NCBI GenBank assembly: GCA_964468895.1
Contig: CAYXWT010000048.1
Location: forward strand, 1-5,340
Reading direction: 5' to 3'
DNA length: 5,340 nucleotides
Source of the DNA: an uncultured archaeon
GTDB taxonomy: Archaea; Iainarchaeota; Iainarchaeia; Iainarchaeales; CSSED10-239
Every line of letters begins with the position of its first letter. Within the stretch, counting starts at the first letter, position 1. The translations under genes were made by a program, and so were the position numbers. Positions 1-2,794 of the stretch are shown here, in pieces. The notes beneath the pieces were generated by a model. That model saw nothing but the letters and a program-made list of their open reading frames with translations, was not told where the DNA came from and searched no databases.

Positions 1-44
1 TTTGTATTTATAGTTATAAAATATACAAAAAAACCAATCCAAGC

Positions 45-56
45 TTTTATAATATA
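45..56 (+). promoter_or_regulatory. TATA-box-like / -10-like element upstream of gene 1 (TTTTATAATATA)
   Basis: TTTATAAT at 46-53 resembles the archaeal box A consensus TTTAWATA and is centred about 27 nt before ATG 77 (leaderless geometry). The same bases contain a perfect bacterial -10 TATAAT (48-53) with no convincing -35. Such strings are common by chance in this composition. Confidence 0.25.
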
Positions 57-76
57 CTTTTTTCATTTTTATATTT

Positions 77-145
77 ATGATATATTACAGAAAATATTTA
101 TATATAATATTTTTTCTAATATTACTGTTAAACACAATATATTCT
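77..145 (+). other. Predicted signal peptide of gene 1 (aa 1-23)
   Basis: MIYYRKYLYIIFFLILLLNTIYS: basic n-region (R5, K6), about 12-residue hydrophobic core, polar small residues (T-I-Y-S) before an acidic mature N-terminus (EDINLL). Cleavage position is a by-eye guess. Confidence 0.6.
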
Positions 146-2701
146 GAAGATATAAACTTACTAGAATATCCTAAAGAAATATCTCAGGTAAGTACTTTTA
201 ATGATCTTAATTATTTTATAGATCTAGACTATTTTTCTATATGTGATATAAATAATATTAATGTAAATCAAAGTAACCTCCAAGAAAAGGTGGATGATAA
301 TCAATTACAAATTATACTAGATAATTTTTATTATGATTATTATAATTTAAATTTAATTACTGAAAATTATGATAATTCTTTATTTAAAGATCTATATTTT
401 GATATAGATACTTCTTATATTCAAATAAATAATAAACAAGATCTAAATTTAGATTATAATATAGATTATTTTATTATAGATACTAATAATTATTTTTTTG
501 TAAAAGATAGTAATATAGATATTTATGAATATACAGATGATACTAAAGAATATAATTATCTAAGTACTTTAGATTCTAATAATATAATCTATAATTTAGA
601 GATTATAGATTATAATAATACTAAATATTTATTTTTAGCAAATAAACAAAATGGTATTTCTATATATAATATAAATGATAATAATATTTTAGATGTAAAT
701 AATCATTATCTTGGTTCTGTTGTATTTAACTGGGGTCCTGGTGATTATAATACAACATATATTACTAGTTTCTCTGCAGAGAATGATGTTAATTATGTGT
801 TGGCTGTTGTTAATCATACACTCTTTAATCAATCAAGAGCTGTTTTTTATAAAATAGAAGATATTTTAGATCTAAATAGTACTGTTCCTTCTTCTAGACA
901 TGATGCTTTAAGTGATAATTATCTTCCTCAAAAGATTTGGTTAGATGAAGATCAAAATAAGTTTAGTATTCCTTTTGGAAATCAAGAAAAAACTGCTTAT
1001 GTAAAATATAGAATTGTTAGTGATAATCTTGAAATAGATGTTACTGGTTCTACAAATGATTGTTCTTATGAATTGGAACATATACATAACCGTATGTTTG
1101 CTATTAGTTATAATCAAAATAAAATTTGTTCTTATGATTTACAAGATTTTCCAAATATCTTTACTTTGGAAACTGAAATTGATCTAAATAATATGATTTA
1201 TTCTCTAGAATCTAATAGTGATCTAAATAAATTGTATGCTTTGCAAGAAGATCAATTAATTATATTAGATTATAATTTTGAAATAGATGAATTTGTTGTT
1301 GATCAAAATATATCTTTTAATAATATGCTAAATCTAAACTTAAATTTAGATTTACATGAAATGATTCTACAAGATGATATTGTGCTTAATATTGGATGTA
1401 TTAATGGGTTTTCAAAAGTTTTACTATTTAATGATTATAATATTACTTATTTTACTGCTTATCCTGATTTTTCTGATTTTAGTTTAAGTGAAAGTAATAT
1501 TGATTATGATTTGTATAATTCTGATTTTAATGGTGATGTTACTTTTTCTTTTAATCTTTATGATTATAATATTAATAAAAATAATCTTGATTATAATATA
1601 TTTAATTATAATCTTAATTTAACTGATAATTCTACTTTTAATTATAATATTATTAATAATCAAAATGTTGATTTAAATACTTGTACTAAATCAAATAATA
1701 GAATTTATAATTGTGAATATATTTTTAATATAAAAGATATGCATACTACTGAAAACCTTTCTTATAATACTTATTTTTTAAATCTAAATATAGGTGATTT
1801 AAATAAAGCTGTTTCTAAAAGTTTTGTTTTTGATTTAACTAACGATACTGGTGGTGGAGGAGGTAATAATAATAATCCTTCTGGTGGCTCTCCTTTTTCA
1901 TCACTACCAATTATTATTGTTGATTGTAATAAAGAAAAAGATGCTTTGCAAAATAATCTTTTTCTCTTAAAAAAAGATTACTTTGATAGAAAATTGCTTT
2001 TTAATAGTTTTTTACTGTCTATTGAAGATATTAATTTTAATTTGGATTTAAATAAACCTTTTATAGATGTTTATAGTGATTATAATACTATTTTGGAAAA
2101 ATATAATAGTTTAGAAGATCTTAAAATATTAAGTTCTTTTTTTGCATCTAGAAAAATTGAGAGTTTTAATAATAATAATAATTGTGACAATTATAATAAG
2201 TATATAATTGAGAATTATTTATCTAAAAAAGTTTCTATTATAGATATTATTGATTCTAATAGTAATATACTTAGTAAATATTATTTTGTAGAAATAGATA
2301 CAAATAATATTAAATTAGATGAAAATATGTTTTTTATAGATTATGTTCCTTCTATAGATTTAATTGTTGATATTACTTATTCTAACGTTAACCTTTTTGA
2401 TGTTAATATGGATTCTAATAATTGTATATTTTTTAATAAAGATGTAAATTATTTACTAGATTTTTATGCTGTTAATAATATAAAATTAATAAACACTATG
2501 CCTTTGTTATTGAAAGTAAAAACTTCTGATGATCTTTTTAGTAAATTAAATATTTTTGATAATCTTTCTATAAATAATAATGATAATAATAGTACTAATA
2601 CTGATTTTAAAATAAATTCTTCTTTTTTTATTTTAATATTGTTTCTTGTAATTGTCTTTTTGTTGTTTATTTATTTTATATTTAAAATAAAAAAGAAATA
2701 G
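77..2701 (+). CDS. Hypothetical exported, C-terminally membrane-anchored surface protein (874 aa), Asn/Asp/Ile/Tyr-rich, no recognisable family
   Basis: Only ORF in the supplied track. It has 874 sense codons in DNA where roughly 8-10% of random codons would be stops (rough estimate assuming A and T each near 0.4), so a chance ORF is not credible. In-frame TAA at 50-52 bounds the 5' end and ATG 77 is the first ATG after it. The N-terminus MIYYRKYLYIIFFLILLLNTIYS/ED looks like a signal peptide; the C-terminus FFILILFLVIVFLLFIYFIF-KIKKK is a TM helix plus basic tail. Stop is TAG 2699-2701. There is no Shine-Dalgarno-like purine run in 60-76. No conserved family motif recognised by eye. Confidence 0.85.
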   Translation: MIYYRKYLYIIFFLILLLNTIYSEDINLLEYPKEISQVSTFNDLNYFIDLDYFSICDINNINVNQSNLQEKVDDNQLQIILDNFYYDYYNLNLITENYDNSLFKDLYFDIDTSYIQINNKQDLNLDYNIDYFIIDTNNYFFVKDSNIDIYEYTDDTKEYNYLSTLDSNNIIYNLEIIDYNNTKYLFLANKQNGISIYNINDNNILDVNNHYLGSVVFNWGPGDYNTTYITSFSAENDVNYVLAVVNHTLFNQSRAVFYKIEDILDLNSTVPSSRHDALSDNYLPQKIWLDEDQNKFSIPFGNQEKTAYVKYRIVSDNLEIDVTGSTNDCSYELEHIHNRMFAISYNQNKICSYDLQDFPNIFTLETEIDLNNMIYSLESNSDLNKLYALQEDQLIILDYNFEIDEFVVDQNISFNNMLNLNLNLDLHEMILQDDIVLNIGCINGFSKVLLFNDYNITYFTAYPDFSDFSLSESNIDYDLYNSDFNGDVTFSFNLYDYNINKNNLDYNIFNYNLNLTDNSTFNYNIINNQNVDLNTCTKSNNRIYNCEYIFNIKDMHTTENLSYNTYFLNLNIGDLNKAVSKSFVFDLTNDTGGGGGNNNNPSGGSPFSSLPIIIVDCNKEKDALQNNLFLLKKDYFDRKLLFNSFLLSIEDINFNLDLNKPFIDVYSDYNTILEKYNSLEDLKILSSFFASRKIESFNNNNNCDNYNKYIIENYLSKKVSIIDIIDSNSNILSKYYFVEIDTNNIKLDENMFFIDYVPSIDLIVDITYSNVNLFDVNMDSNNCIFFNKDVNYLLDFYAVNNIKLINTMPLLLKVKTSDDLFSKLNIFDNLSINNNDNNSTNTDFKINSSFFILILFLVIVFLLFIYFIFKIKKK
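1850..1894 (+). other. Low-complexity Gly/Asn/Pro/Ser hinge (GGGGGNNNNPSGGSP, aa 592-606) in gene 1
   Basis: Codons ggt ggt gga gga ggt aat aat aat aat cct tct ggt ggc tct cct read directly. This is the only Gly/Pro-rich stretch in the protein. It follows a beta-rich-looking segment ending FVFDLTND and precedes LPIIIVDCNKEKD. Confidence 0.7.
2624..2698 (+). other. C-terminal transmembrane helix plus basic tail of gene 1 (aa 850-874)
   Basis: FFILILFLVIVFLLFIYFIF (20 uninterrupted hydrophobic residues) followed by KIKKK and the stop codon. Positive-inside rule places the tail in the cytoplasm and the bulk of the protein outside. Confidence 0.8.
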
Positions 2702-2708
2702 TTTTTTA
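2688..2708 (+). terminator. Weak all-A/T hairpin plus T6 run at the gene 1 stop codon
   Basis: TAAAAAA (2688-2694) and TTTTTTA (2702-2708) are perfect inverted repeats around loop GAAATAG, which contains the TAG stop. The T6 run starts immediately after the stop and oligo-T is a plausible archaeal termination signal. The stem has no G:C pair, so it would be very unstable as an intrinsic bacterial terminator. Confidence 0.15.
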
Positions 2709-2790
2709 AATTGTTTATATTTCCATATAATTAAGTTATATTAAAATATATTTTTGATTTTTAAGTTTTAAATTTTAATTATAAATAATT

Positions 2791-2794
2791 GGAG
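2791..2794 (+). promoter_or_regulatory. Shine-Dalgarno-like GGAG upstream of gene 2
   Basis: GGAG is the only G-rich tetramer in the 93-nt intergenic gap. Spacing is 0 nt to ATG 2795 (non-functional) but 9 nt to TTG 2804 (within the usual range). Confidence 0.45.

Noticed and set aside
1-66. Minus-strand ORF starting at ATG complement(64..66) and open to the left edge (MKKVYYKSLDWFFCIFYNYKYK), a possible divergent gene start.
   Set aside because: Only 22 codons are visible, which has roughly a 1-in-10 chance of being open at random here. It would leave just 10 nt between divergent start codons. Plus-strand frames 1 and 3 are also open in the same stretch, so openness is not informative.
1-147. 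Plus-strand frame-1 ORF open from the window start to TGA 145-147 (FVFIVIKYTKKPIQAFIIYFFHFYIYDILQKIFIYNIFSNITVKHNIF), a possible upstream-gene 3' end.
   Set aside because: It would overlap gene 1 by 71 nt, which is unusual. The downstream part is simply an alternative frame of the gene 1 signal-peptide region. It cannot be distinguished from chance without upstream sequence.
1329-1354. Perfect 10-bp inverted repeat TAAATCTAAA / TTTAGATTTA with a 6-nt loop inside gene 1.
   Set aside because: It falls in the low-complexity coding run MLNLNLNLDL (cta aat cta aac tta aat tta gat tta) and has a single G:C pair. It is most simply a by-product of repetitive Leu/Asn codons rather than a structured element.
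1561-1599. 12-nt direct repeat TGATTATAATAT at 1561-1572 and 1588-1599 (27 nt apart), and a hint of 9-residue periodicity (DYNI...DYNI...NYNI).
   Set aside because: The spacing is not maintained beyond two copies (9, then 17 residues). The region is Asn/Tyr low complexity, where short repeats arise by chance.
2709-2790. Several promoter-like strings in the intergenic gap: TTGTTT (2711-2716), TATAAT (2726-2731), TTAAAATATA (2741-2750), TTGATT (2754-2759), TATAAAT (2780-2786).
   Set aside because: None forms a properly spaced -35/-10 pair, and TATA-like strings are expected by chance at this composition. I cannot single out one as a real promoter for gene 2.
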